Position numbers and translations under genes: made by a program
Shown here: piece by piece, positions 30,276-41,438 of the stretch
Position numbering within the stretch: the first letter of the stretch is position 1
Layout of the letters: every line of letters begins with the position of its first letter
Assembly (NCBI GenBank): GCA_028875225.1
Contig: JAPPFB010000017.1
Location: 81,920 to 145,919 of the forward strand
Direction: 5' to 3'
From: Chloroflexota bacterium
GTDB lineage: Bacteria > Chloroflexota > Dehalococcoidia > Bin125
DNA length: 64,000 nt
Notes under the pieces: generated by a model
Database searches by the model: none
What the model saw: only the letters and a program-made list of their open reading frames with translations
What the model was told of the DNA's origin: nothing

Positions 30276-31307
30276 CTAGTCGCGGAGGTTGCGACGGGCG
30301 CCGGTGGCTCGGGCGACGTGGACGACCTGGTCGAGGTTCTGATAGGTGGGCACCCCGACCTCGGCGAAGATCTCGTTGACTCCGCTGCGGATTTCCTCGG
30401 TCAGCTTCCAGTCGGTGGCGGCGACGTTCTCTTCGAGTTCGCGCTCGTTGCGCATACCGACCAGGGCGCAGCTGACCCCTGGGTGGTCGAGGACCCAGGC
30501 GATGCCGAGCTGGGCGCAGGTCTTGCCGTAGCCGTCGGCGAGCTCCGCGAGTCGGTTGGCGATCTCGACCTCCTGCCTGAAGCGGTCGCTCTCGAACAGG
30601 GGCAGGTTGAAGGCGGTGCCGTTGCGCCGCCAGTCGCTCTCGTCGAATTGGTGATCGGGCTCGAACGCGGCGGTCAAGAGACCGAAGGCGAGCGAGCCGT
30701 AGGACATGAAGCCGACGCCGTTGGCCATGCACCAGGGCAACACGCGAGACTCCATCCGCCGGTCGAACATGTGGTAGCCGACCTGGTTGGCGACGATCGT
30801 GCCGTGACGCTGGCACTCCTCCATCATGTCGATGTTGAAGTTGGAGACGCCGTAATGGCGGATCTTGCCGGCCTGCTTCAATTCTTCCAGACCCTCCATC
30901 GTCTCTTCGAAGGGCGTGTCGTGGTCGGGCCAGTGAATCAGCATCAGGTCGACGTAGTCGGTGTTCAGCCGGCGCAGGCAACCCTCGGTGTGCTCGATGA
31001 TGTGGTCCTTCTTGGAGTTGAGGCCGATCACCTGGGGCACGTCGTTGTAGTCGAAGCCGACCTTGGTCACCAACACAACTTCGTTGCGCCGGCTGCCCAG
31101 GCCCTCGGCGAGCAGCTCCTCGGAGTGATTCGGGCCGTATACCTCGGCCGTGTCGAACAGGGTGATGCCGCGGTCGATCGCCATGTTCACGGCGCGTGCG
31201 GCCTCGCTGCGGTCGATGTGACCGTACATGTTGCCGCTCATCTCCCACGTGCCGAAGCCGACGGCGGAAGCCACCAGGTCGCTGTTTCCGAATCGTCGCT
31301 GTTCCAT
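30276..31307 (-). CDS. Aldo/keto reductase (paralog 3 of 3)
   Basis: About 75% identity to paralogs 1 and 2; start taken at MEQRRFGNSD (31307) to match the paralogs. Confidence 0.85.
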   Translation of the reverse strand: MEQRRFGNSDLVASAVGFGTWEMSGNMYGHIDRSEAARAVNMAIDRGITLFDTAEVYGPNHSEELLAEGLGSRRNEVVLVTKVGFDYNDVPQVIGLNSKKDHIIEHTEGCLRRLNTDYVDLMLIHWPDHDTPFEETMEGLEELKQAGKIRHYGVSNFNIDMMEECQRHGTIVANQVGYHMFDRRMESRVLPWCMANGVGFMSYGSLAFGLLTAAFEPDHQFDESDWRRNGTAFNLPLFESDRFRQEVEIANRLAELADGYGKTCAQLGIAWVLDHPGVSCALVGMRNERELEENVAATDWKLTEEIRSGVNEIFAEVGVPTYQNLDQVVHVARATGARRNLRD

Positions 31308-31397
31308 GGCTTGATTCCTGTCTAGTTGGTTGGATGCCAATCGGATGCGCAGCGCCTAAGTTACTGCTTTGGCGGGGAGCGGCACTATAGTGACGTT

Positions 31398-32804
31398 ATG
31401 TTCCGCCTGCGCCGAGGAAATGATCCCCGACCAGACAACGCTCATGGCAACGGCGCGCGCGCGGAGTGGCAACTGCGCAAGTGGCTGGCGCCCGGCATCG
31501 GGATCAAGCGCTGGTTCGTCCTGCTGCTGTTCGGTATGGCGTTGCTTGGCCTGGGGGTATCGTTTCTCGCGCGCGAACTCTACCTGACCGTCACGCTGCC
31601 CGACGCCTTCTACTACATCACGCTGCAGTTTCTGCCGTACGCGGTACGCGGAGCGGTGCTGATCGGACTGGCAGTTCTCTGCGTCGGCGTGGGCATCGGC
31701 AAGTTCACATCCGGATTGGTCGTCGCGGCCCGCTCGTCGGACAGCCGGACCGGCGGCGAGGAGCCGCTGGTCGATCTGCTGCACCGGCAACGGTTCGCCG
31801 GACGCGGCATCCGGATCGTCTGCATGGGAGGCGGCACCGGGCTCTCGGTGCTATTGCGCGGGCTGAAGGCGTACACGGACAATCTCTCGGCTGTGGTCAG
31901 CGTCGCCGACGATGGTGGCTCGTCGGGTCGCCTGAGGCGCGACCTCGGGATTATCCCGCCGGGCGACCTGCGCAACTGCATCGCGGCGCTGGCCGAGGCA
32001 GAGCCCTTGATGACTCGCCTCTTTCAGTACCGCTTCCCCGAGGGTTCGGGCAACGGGCTCGAAGGGCACTCATTCGGCAACCTGTTCATCGTTGCGATGT
32101 CCGACGTCGCCGGCTCAATGGAGGAAGCGATCCATGAGACGGGTCGCGTGCTTGCCGTTCGCGGCAAGATTCTGCCCTCAACCCTGGAGAACATCCGGCT
32201 CGCGGCCGTGACCGCCGAGGGTGAGCGGATCCGGGGCGAATCGTCGATTACGGAGGCGGGACAGAGAATCGCGCAGTTGAATCTCGAGCCTCAGCACCCG
32301 CCGGCTTATCCGGAAACCGTCAACGCGATACGCAACGCGGACCTGATCGTGGTCGGACCCGGCTCACTGTTTACCTCCGTCTTGCCCAACCTCTTGGTTC
32401 CAGACCTCCGGATCGCGTTCCAGGAATCCGCGGCGATGAAGCTCTACGTCTCCAACGTCGCGACGCAACACGGAGAAACGGACAATTTCTCGGTGCAGGA
32501 TCACGTCCGCGTGATTGCCGACCATATTGGCGGTCTACCGTTCGACGCCGTGGTCGCGAACAGCAATAGCCGGGCGAGACTGCCTCGAGGCTGGAAATCG
32601 GAGCCTGTGCGGGTGGCGCCGTTGGAGGATCGATCTGATCCGGCCGGCGGGTTGCGGATTATCGAAGCGGACATCGTCGACACCGGCAACCGCTACCGGC
32701 ACGACAGCGACAAGCTCGCCGATGCGATCATGACCGCATACCATGAAGGCCGCGAGGCCGGCGTGCGGCCTCGCCGCCAGCAGCGAGTGACGATTCCGGA
32801 ATAG
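31398..32804 (+). CDS. yvcK: YvcK/CofD-like gluconeogenesis-factor family protein with N-terminal TM extension
   Basis: UPF0052 core (IVCMGGGTGLSVLLRGLK...VADDGGSSGRLRRDLGIIPPGDLRNC) preceded by about 100 aa with two hydrophobic helices; ATG at 31398. Confidence 0.8.
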   Translation: MFRLRRGNDPRPDNAHGNGARAEWQLRKWLAPGIGIKRWFVLLLFGMALLGLGVSFLARELYLTVTLPDAFYYITLQFLPYAVRGAVLIGLAVLCVGVGIGKFTSGLVVAARSSDSRTGGEEPLVDLLHRQRFAGRGIRIVCMGGGTGLSVLLRGLKAYTDNLSAVVSVADDGGSSGRLRRDLGIIPPGDLRNCIAALAEAEPLMTRLFQYRFPEGSGNGLEGHSFGNLFIVAMSDVAGSMEEAIHETGRVLAVRGKILPSTLENIRLAAVTAEGERIRGESSITEAGQRIAQLNLEPQHPPAYPETVNAIRNADLIVVGPGSLFTSVLPNLLVPDLRIAFQESAAMKLYVSNVATQHGETDNFSVQDHVRVIADHIGGLPFDAVVANSNSRARLPRGWKSEPVRVAPLEDRSDPAGGLRIIEADIVDTGNRYRHDSDKLADAIMTAYHEGREAGVRPRRQQRVTIPE

Positions 32805-32837
32805 CCCAGAGACGGGGAAGTCAGGTACAACAGAAGC

Positions 32838-33065
32838 GTGAGCACCTCGGAACTCCTCAATGTGATTCAGATCCTGGTCGCGCTCGTCGTGATCGGCGCC
32901 GTGATCCTGCAGGCGAAAGGCGCCGGACTGGGGAACATTTTCGGCGGCGCTGGGGCGGATTCCTCGTACCGGACCCGACGCGGACTGGAGCGCTCGCTCT
33001 TTCGCGGCACGATCGTGCTGATGCTCATCTTCGTCGGTCTCAGCATCGCCGCCACCCAGGTCTGA
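32838..33065 (+). CDS. secG: Preprotein translocase subunit SecG
   Basis: 75 aa; two TM helices; LQAKGAGLGNIFGG...RRGLERSL signature. Confidence 0.85.
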   Translation: MSTSELLNVIQILVALVVIGAVILQAKGAGLGNIFGGAGADSSYRTRRGLERSLFRGTIVLMLIFVGLSIAATQV

Positions 33066-33093
33066 CGACGTTCCACAGCTGCTCGGCAGAACC

Positions 33094-34036
33094 ATGCCCG
33101 ACGCGCCGCGAGTCCTCTTCTATGGATCGCCGGACTTCGCCGTTCCGACGCTTCGGGCGCTGATCGACAGTCCGTATCGGCCGATCGCGGTCGTCACTCA
33201 GCCGGACGCGCGCGCCGGACGGGGCAAGACGCTCCGACCGCCGCCGATCAAGGAGTTGGCAGCCGACCACGGCATCCCGGCCCTGCAGCCGGCGCGACTG
33301 CGCGACCCGGCCGCCATCGCCCAGGTTGGCAGTCTGAGGCCGGAACTACAGATTGTCGCCGCCTACGGACAGATCATCCCGGTCGAGATCCTCGACCTGC
33401 CAGCTCACGGCACGCTCAACGTGCATGCCTCGCTCCTGCCGCGCTGGCGCGGCGCCTCGCCGATCTCAGCAGCGATCCTTCATGGCGACGCGGAGACCGG
33501 GATCACGATCATGCTGGTCGACGAAACCGAGGACACCGGCGACATCCTGCGACAGCGGGCGACGCCGATCGATCCGTCGGAGCATGCCGGTCAACTCAGC
33601 GACCGTCTCGCAGACCTGGGCGCCGAGTTGCTGCTCGAGACCATTCCCGATTGGCTGGACGGGGCGATCACTCCGATCGAGCAACAACCAGAGCTGGCGA
33701 CCAGGGCCCGCCGGGTGAAGAAACGGCAAGGCAGGATCGACTGGACGGCCTCGGCCGAGCACATCGCTCGGCACGTCCGCGCCTACACGCCCTGGCCCGC
33801 AGCCTCGACTCAACTGGGCGAGACTCCCATCCGGATTACTGAGGCCACCGTCGGTCATGGTGAAGCGACCGCTTCGCCCGGGATGATCCTCTCGGCCGGT
33901 CAGAACATTGCGGTCTGCACCGGCTCGGGCGTGCTCGACATTGTCCGACTCCAGCGCGCCGGCAAGCGAGAGCTTGGGGCCGAGGAGTTTGCCCGCGGTA
34001 CCCGGGACCTCGTCGGCCAGCGATTCGGCTCCGGCC

Positions 34037-34044
<8 letters not shown>
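33094..34044 (+). CDS. fmt: Methionyl-tRNA formyltransferase
   Basis: VVTQPD, NVHASLLPRWRGASPI, C-terminal Fmt domain. Confidence 0.92.
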
Positions 34045-35074
<1,030 letters not shown>

Positions 35075-35078
35075 CGAG

Positions 35079-35750
35079 CTACTCCTCCGACTCTTCCTCT
35101 TCTTCGACTTCCCCTTCCGCGGCTTCGGCCAGCGCCTCTTCTGCCGCCAACTCTTCGGCTTCCTCTTCTTCCTCGGTCACGCGAGGCGCCAACGCGGTGG
35201 CGACCGCGACCGCGCCATCGGTGATGGCGATGACGCCCTCGGGCAATGACATGTCGCGGACGAGCACCGAGTGTCCAAACTCCGTGAGGACCGAGATGTC
35301 GACTTCCAGCACGGAGGGCATCTCTGTCGGCAACGCCTCCAGCGTGACGGTGTCGAGCGATTGCACGACGGTGCCGCCCATCGCGACCGCCTCCGAGTCG
35401 CCGATCAGGACCAGCCGTGCTTCGGAGTGAATTGCGCGGGTCAAGTCCACTTCGTAGAAGTCCAGGTGCAGCAGGCTGCGATTGACCGGGTGCCGCTGAA
35501 TCTCGCGTAACACGACCGGAATTGTGGCCGTCGCTCCATCAATGGACATGGGCACCACGGCGTTTCGGTCGACGGCGCCGAAGACTCGCTGAATTTCGGT
35601 CAGTTCGGTCTGGATGGCGCGGGACTCCTGTCCGCGGCCGTAGACGTTGCCAGGGACCAGACCGTCACGTCGCAGCTGCTTGACTCTCTTGCCCAGCACT
35701 GCCCGGCTCCTGGTGTTCAGCACGATTTCGGCAGCGTCAGACATCGTCAT
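35079..35750 (-). CDS. rplY: 50S ribosomal protein L25, Ctc form
   Basis: L25 N-domain plus Ctc C-domain and an acidic Glu/Ala tail. Confidence 0.88.
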   Translation of the reverse strand: MTMSDAAEIVLNTRSRAVLGKRVKQLRRDGLVPGNVYGRGQESRAIQTELTEIQRVFGAVDRNAVVPMSIDGATATIPVVLREIQRHPVNRSLLHLDFYEVDLTRAIHSEARLVLIGDSEAVAMGGTVVQSLDTVTLEALPTEMPSVLEVDISVLTEFGHSVLVRDMSLPEGVIAITDGAVAVATALAPRVTEEEEEAEELAAEEALAEAAEGEVEEEEESEE

Positions 35751-35862
35751 CCATCCGTCTCAGGCATGTGTGGTCAGTCGGCGTTGAGCCTATCCACTGA
35801 CGCTATGAGCGCATCTGAGGGCAGTCAAGCAACTCGCATACGCCTCCTAGACTGGCACGACC

Positions 35863-37887
35863 ATGACGACGAGCGCTATCGAACGCACCAGGAGCACACA
35901 GGATCTCATCCTCGGCGTTGACGTCGGGGGCACCTTCACCGACTTCGTGTTCCTCCAGGATGGTGCGATCAAGATCGCCAAGCGGCCCTCGACCCCCGAC
36001 GATCCCGGACGCGCGATCATCAATGGACTGACCGAGTTCGGCTGGTCGCCGGAGGAAGTGGTACATGGTTCGACGGTCGCCACGAACACGCTGCTCACCC
36101 GCACTGGTGCGCCCACGGCGCTGATCACAACCAGGGGGTTTCGCGACACCCTGGTCATTGGACGTCAGGCCCGGCCCGATCTGTATGCGCTCCATCCCCA
36201 GCGGCACGAACCATTGGTGCCGCAACGATGGCGCTTTGAAGTTGAAGAACGAATCTCCGCTGACGGCACTGTCGTGACCGCTCTGGATCTCGAGGAACTC
36301 GACGGGGTCCTGGACCGGATCGAGCGGACGGGAGTACGCAGCGTCGCGATCTGTTTCCTGTTCAGCTTCATCAACTCCGTGCACGAAGCGCAGGCTGCTC
36401 AACGCGCCCGAGAGCGAGGCTTTCGGGTGTCGGCCTCCTACGAAGTGCTGCCGCAGCATCGAGAGTTCGAGCGGATGAGCACCACGGCCGCCAACGCCTA
36501 CCTCGCCCCGGTGATGACCGGCTACCTGGACGCCCTGGAAGCGCGGCTCAGCAGCGATGCCTCGCGGGACGTGCGGTTGCGCATCATGCAGTCCAACGGC
36601 GGCTCGCTCTCGGCGGGCTCGGCGGGCAGACACGCCGTCCGGACGGTGCTATCGGGACCCGCCGGCGGGGTCGCGGGCGCGTTTGCCTCCGCGGAATCCG
36701 ACGGCTTTCCACAGGCCATCACGTTCGACATGGGCGGCACATCCGCGGATGTGGCTCTGTGCCCGGGTCGGCTGTTGGAACGCACCGACCTCGTGGTCGA
36801 TGACATGCCGATTCGCACTCCGGCCGTCGATTTGCATACCGTCGGCGCGGGGGGCGGCTCGATTGCCTGGTTCGATCCCGGTGGAGCCTTGAGGGTCGGT
36901 CCGCAGTCCGCCGGAGCTGATCCCGGACCGGCGTCATACGGAACCGGCACGCAGCCGACTGTGACCGATGCGCACGCCGTGCTCGGGCGTCTGCGGCCGG
37001 AGCAGCAGCTCGGGGGAACGGTCGCACTGGACATAGATCGGGCGCGACGGGCGATCGCAGCCATCTCCGAACCGTTCGGCTCAGTCGAGTCCGCGGCGCA
37101 AGCAGTGATCGACGTGGTCAACGCCAATATGGCTCGCGCGCTTCGGGTGATCTCGGTGGAGCGCGGCTACGATCCCGCCAACTTCACGCTCGTTGCATTT
37201 GGCGGGGCAGGGCCGCTGCATGCCTGCGACCTGGCCGACGCCGTGGGAATCCCACAGGCCTTAATCCCGTCGTCTCCCGGAGTCCTCTCTGCCGCCGGCA
37301 TGCTGATTTCCGACATCACTCGAGACGCCGAACAGGGACTGCATGTGGCTGTCGATCCCGATGCGTCCGGACGCATCAACGCGCTCACCGCAGCGCTCGA
37401 CGACCTCGCTGGACAGGCGCGAAGGGCGATCGCCGAAGATGGGTACGACCAGGGCGTCGTCATCGAGTTCGCAGCAGACCTTCGCTATCGAGGCCAGTCG
37501 CATGAGCTCACGGTCTCCCTGAGTGACGGGTTCGAGGCCGAATCCGTTCGCGACGCCTTCCACGTCGCTCACCGCGAGCGCTTCGGTTTTGCTTCGTTGG
37601 ATACTCCGGTCGAGGTCGTCACGGCGCGAGCCAAAGCTCGCCATCCAGGGCATCGTGGAGACATCACGCTTCGGCAAGAAGCTGGCGGCAGCGAAGATGG
37701 CCGAGCGGTCGTCACCTGGCATCAACCGCTGGACACCCGAATCCTGCCGCGAGACCTGGTCGTTGAGCCGATCCACGGACCGGCGATTATCACCCAGATT
37801 GACACGACCGTCACGGTCCCGCCCGGCTGGATCTCAGCCCCGTTGCCGAGCGGCAGTCTCCTGCTCAGCCGAGAGACACGTTCATGA
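35863..37887 (+). CDS. hyuA: Hydantoinase/oxoprolinase family protein, A subunit
   Basis: LGVDVGGTFTDFVF N-terminus; Hydantoinase_A domain. Confidence 0.88.
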   Translation: MTTSAIERTRSTQDLILGVDVGGTFTDFVFLQDGAIKIAKRPSTPDDPGRAIINGLTEFGWSPEEVVHGSTVATNTLLTRTGAPTALITTRGFRDTLVIGRQARPDLYALHPQRHEPLVPQRWRFEVEERISADGTVVTALDLEELDGVLDRIERTGVRSVAICFLFSFINSVHEAQAAQRARERGFRVSASYEVLPQHREFERMSTTAANAYLAPVMTGYLDALEARLSSDASRDVRLRIMQSNGGSLSAGSAGRHAVRTVLSGPAGGVAGAFASAESDGFPQAITFDMGGTSADVALCPGRLLERTDLVVDDMPIRTPAVDLHTVGAGGGSIAWFDPGGALRVGPQSAGADPGPASYGTGTQPTVTDAHAVLGRLRPEQQLGGTVALDIDRARRAIAAISEPFGSVESAAQAVIDVVNANMARALRVISVERGYDPANFTLVAFGGAGPLHACDLADAVGIPQALIPSSPGVLSAAGMLISDITRDAEQGLHVAVDPDASGRINALTAALDDLAGQARRAIAEDGYDQGVVIEFAADLRYRGQSHELTVSLSDGFEAESVRDAFHVAHRERFGFASLDTPVEVVTARAKARHPGHRGDITLRQEAGGSEDGRAVVTWHQPLDTRILPRDLVVEPIHGPAIITQIDTTVTVPPGWISAPLPSGSLLLSRETRS

Positions 37888-39491
37888 CAAACGTCAGCAT
37901 TGATCCCGCGCGGCTGGCCATTTTCGACTCGCTGGTCAGTTCGATCGCCGAGGAGATGGGCGCCGCGCTGCGCCATACGGCGCTCTCGCCCAACATCAAG
38001 GAGCGCGCCGATTTCTCCTGCGCCGTCTTCGACCGCGAGGGACAACTCCTGGCGCAGGCTGCTCACATTCCCGTCCACCTGGGCGCGATGCCGGAGTCGG
38101 TTCGGGCAGTCGAGCGCCTGGCGCCCTGGCGACCGGGCGACCTGGCCATCCTCAATGACCCGTTCCTCGGTGGGACCCATTTGCCCGACGTGACCATGGT
38201 CTCGCCGGTGTTTGCACACGGGGCAATGGAGGGCGACGAGCCGATCGGGTATGTCGCGAGCCGCGCTCATCAGGCCGACATCGGGGGGATGGCTCCCGGC
38301 TCGATGCCGGTGGCCCGCGAACTGATCCAGGAAGGGATCGTGATTCCGCCGATTCGCCTCTATCGCGGCGGCGTCCTGGTCGAAGAGGCGATGGACCTGA
38401 TCCTGCGCAACGTGCGCACGCCGGACGAGCGGCGCGGCGACTTCAATGCGCAGATTGCCGCGCAACGTCTGGGTGAGCGCCGCATCGCCGATCTGCACCG
38501 CGACTACGGAGACGACAGCTATCTGCGGACGACGAAGGCGTTGCTTGACTACGGCGAGCGGCTAACGCGCGCAGCGCTGATGGAGCTGCCGCACGGAACG
38601 TGGGAATTCAGCGACTCGTTGGACGACGACGGACATTCGTCCGAGCCGGTTCCCATCAGACTCAAACTGACCCTGTCGGATGATCGCGCCCACTTCGATT
38701 TCTCCGGCAGCGCCGAACAACGTGCGGCGTCAATCAATGCCGTAGCGCCGGTCACGCGATCGGCCTGCTACTACGTGATTCGCTGCCTGCTGCCTCCCGA
38801 CACGCCGATGAACTCGGGGCTGTTCCGTCCGATTACGTTCACGCTGCCCGAGCGCTCCGTCGTTGCCGCGCAGTCCCCGGTCGCGGTTGCGGCCGGCAAT
38901 GTCGAGACCTCCCAACGCATCGTCGACACCGTCTGGGGCGCGTTCAATCAACTGCTGCCAGAGCGGATGCCGGCGGCCTCGTCGGGCACGATGAACAATC
39001 TCACCGCCGGCGGGATTGACCCGCGCAGCGGTCAACCCTGGGCCTACTACGAAACGTCGGGCGGCGGGCTCGGTGGCGGTCCGGAGGGTCCTGGACTGGA
39101 CGCCGCCCACTCGCACATGACCAACACGCTCAACACCCCGGCTGAAGCGCTCGAACTGGCGTATCCCCTGCGTGTGGTCGAGAACAGTATCCGCCCGCGT
39201 TCCGGCGGCCCCGGACGGCACCGCGGCGGACACGGGCTGATCCGCCGAACCCAGTTCCTGGGTGAGGCCCAGCTCACGCTGATCACCGAACGCCGGACCG
39301 GACAGCCCTGGGGTTCTCAGGGCGGGGAGCCGGGAACCATCGGGCGCAACATCCTCGAGACCATCTCCGCCAACGGCCGGCCAGTTCGTCGCAAGCTGCC
39401 CGGCAAGGTCACGATCAACGTGCAACCCGGTGATGTGATCAGGGTTGAGACGCCGGGCGGCGGCGGTTGGGGTCGGCCCAAACCACGCTAA
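37884..39491 (+). CDS. hyuB: Hydantoinase B/oxoprolinase family protein
   Basis: Hydantoinase_B sequence (AVFDREGQLLAQAAHIPVHLGAM...ILNDPFLGGTHLPD); start overlaps the hyuA stop. Confidence 0.88.
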   Translation: MTNVSIDPARLAIFDSLVSSIAEEMGAALRHTALSPNIKERADFSCAVFDREGQLLAQAAHIPVHLGAMPESVRAVERLAPWRPGDLAILNDPFLGGTHLPDVTMVSPVFAHGAMEGDEPIGYVASRAHQADIGGMAPGSMPVARELIQEGIVIPPIRLYRGGVLVEEAMDLILRNVRTPDERRGDFNAQIAAQRLGERRIADLHRDYGDDSYLRTTKALLDYGERLTRAALMELPHGTWEFSDSLDDDGHSSEPVPIRLKLTLSDDRAHFDFSGSAEQRAASINAVAPVTRSACYYVIRCLLPPDTPMNSGLFRPITFTLPERSVVAAQSPVAVAAGNVETSQRIVDTVWGAFNQLLPERMPAASSGTMNNLTAGGIDPRSGQPWAYYETSGGGLGGGPEGPGLDAAHSHMTNTLNTPAEALELAYPLRVVENSIRPRSGGPGRHRGGHGLIRRTQFLGEAQLTLITERRTGQPWGSQGGEPGTIGRNILETISANGRPVRRKLPGKVTINVQPGDVIRVETPGGGGWGRPKPR

Positions 39492-39522
39492 ACTGATGGC
39501 AACGGGCAGCGGAGGAGCGACC

Positions 39523-39924
39523 ATGTCGGACGGTTCTGACCGACTCGAACGCGACGTTGAAGAGGTGCTCTCGAACATCGAGGATTTCGACTGGCGGCGG
39601 CGTCAATCCCGCCGGCCCGGTCCAATCCGGATCGCGATTCAGCGATTCGGAGCCGGACTGGTCAACCGAGTGACATCGCTGACGCCCAATCACCTGCTCC
39701 TGCTCGGCGCCATCCTGCTGATCGTCGGACTCGTGCTCCGCGGCGGAGGTCTCTGGATTGCGGTAGTCGGGATCGTCGTGTTCGTGATTGGGTTGTTCTG
39801 GACCTCGCGCGGCGGAAATCCGCAGGCCAATCAACCGCGCGGCGGCTACTGGCGAGATCGTTACATCAGCTACGACCAGTCCAGTCAGAGCCCCTTGCGA
39901 CGGTTCTTCCGCCGCAACCGCTAG
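39523..39924 (+). CDS. Small membrane protein (hypothetical)
   Basis: ATG at 39523 preceded by GGAGGA SD (6-nt spacing); two TM helices (LLLLGAILLIVGLVL / IAVVGIVVFVIGLFW); the track ORF starts upstream at 39445. Confidence 0.55.
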   Translation: MSDGSDRLERDVEEVLSNIEDFDWRRRQSRRPGPIRIAIQRFGAGLVNRVTSLTPNHLLLLGAILLIVGLVLRGGGLWIAVVGIVVFVIGLFWTSRGGNPQANQPRGGYWRDRYISYDQSSQSPLRRFFRRNR

Positions 39925-39941
39925 CTTCGATCGGCACTCAT

Positions 39942-41438
39942 GTGCTGACCCGGCTCCTGCTCTTCGGCCTCACACTTCCGCTCCTCGTTGTCGCCTGCCG
40001 TGGCGATGATGCAGACCAACCTGCCGTCGTGCCGACCGGTCAGTCGGCCGAACAGGCCTCGCAACAGCAACAGGCGCAACCGAACCAGAGCGATCCAACT
40101 GATCGCGCCGACAGCCCCGCCGACGCACGAGCCGAGCAACAGGATCAGACCTCTCAGTCGGAGTCGCGCGACACGGTCGAACCATCCTCACAATCTGTCG
40201 AACAGCAACACCAGCCCCAATCTCCACCGCTCAGACCCGGCGGGCCGCCTGAGCCTGAGTTCGACTACGACATCGCGGTCGGCTATCTCAATCATCTCGC
40301 GGGAGTACTGGGACCGCGCGCCTCGGGAACCGAGCAAGAACGAGCAGCGGCCGCGTACCTGGCCGAGACGTTCGCCAGCCTCGGTTACGAGGTCGAATTA
40401 CAGGATTTCGGCTACACCACGCAGGCGGGGATCAGCCGGATCGATACCCCCGACGGTTATCGCAGCTTCGCCTTTCGCTTTCCCGGCTCGGCCGACAATC
40501 CGGTGAGTGGGGAATTGGTCAACGTCGAGGGTTTCGGTGAGCCTGCTGACTTTGCTTCGGTCGATGTGCGCGGCAAGATTGCCATCGTTGATCGAGGGCT
40601 GATCGAGTTTCGGGAGAAGGGCGCCAACGCCGTTGCGGGCGGCGCGATCGCCCTGATCATCGCCAACCGAACACTGAGCGAGACGATCGGCGGCACGCTG
40701 GGCGAGGAGACCAGCACGATTCCACTTCTTCAGGTCAGCAAGGAGGCGGGCGACGAACTTCGGAGTCGGCTGGGCACCATGATCTCAATTCCAGAATCCA
40801 CGCCAAACATGGGTGAGTCGCAAAATGTGATCGCTCGGAAGACGGACGGCGCCTGCCGTGTCGTCGTGGGCGGTCACTACGACACGGTGCCCGATGTCGA
40901 CGGCGCCAACGACAACGCCTCGGGCACGGCGCTCACGCTCGCACTGGCCGAGCTCTGGTCCGAGCACCCGAGCGCGATCGACATCTGCTTCATCGGATTC
41001 GGCGCCGAGGAGCTCGGCCTGCACGGCTCCAGGCATTACGTCAGACAGCTTCGCGCCGAGGACACCCTCTCGCACGTCACGTCAATGCTCAATCTCGACG
41101 CGATCGGCGATGGCCGCGCACCCTACCGCATCATGGCGTCATTCCAGCTGCAGGACATCACCGGCTCTGTAGCGGCACAGCTTCAGATCAACGCCGGATC
41201 CGGCAGTCCGCCTCGGAACCTGGGCTCGGACCACTCCAGCTTCGCCAATGCGGGCATCCCCGTCGTCTTCGTATTCCCTCCCGGTGCGATCCTGCACACA
41301 CCGCTGGACAACCTCGACAACGTTAATCATGAGCTGTACAAGGACATCTCCCTGCTCAACCACGGCATCCTCGCTTGCCTGCTGGAGCGCGCGGGAAGCC
41401 CGATCTCGCCAAAGATTTCCTGCGACGCCGAACAATGA
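39942..41438 (+). CDS. M28-family zinc aminopeptidase lipoprotein with PA domain
   Basis: Lipobox LLVVAC; M28 motifs GGHYDTV, NDNASG, GAEELGLHGS; long low-complexity linker. Confidence 0.82.
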   Translation: MLTRLLLFGLTLPLLVVACRGDDADQPAVVPTGQSAEQASQQQQAQPNQSDPTDRADSPADARAEQQDQTSQSESRDTVEPSSQSVEQQHQPQSPPLRPGGPPEPEFDYDIAVGYLNHLAGVLGPRASGTEQERAAAAYLAETFASLGYEVELQDFGYTTQAGISRIDTPDGYRSFAFRFPGSADNPVSGELVNVEGFGEPADFASVDVRGKIAIVDRGLIEFREKGANAVAGGAIALIIANRTLSETIGGTLGEETSTIPLLQVSKEAGDELRSRLGTMISIPESTPNMGESQNVIARKTDGACRVVVGGHYDTVPDVDGANDNASGTALTLALAELWSEHPSAIDICFIGFGAEELGLHGSRHYVRQLRAEDTLSHVTSMLNLDAIGDGRAPYRIMASFQLQDITGSVAAQLQINAGSGSPPRNLGSDHSSFANAGIPVVFVFPPGAILHTPLDNLDNVNHELYKDISLLNHGILACLLERAGSPISPKISCDAEQ

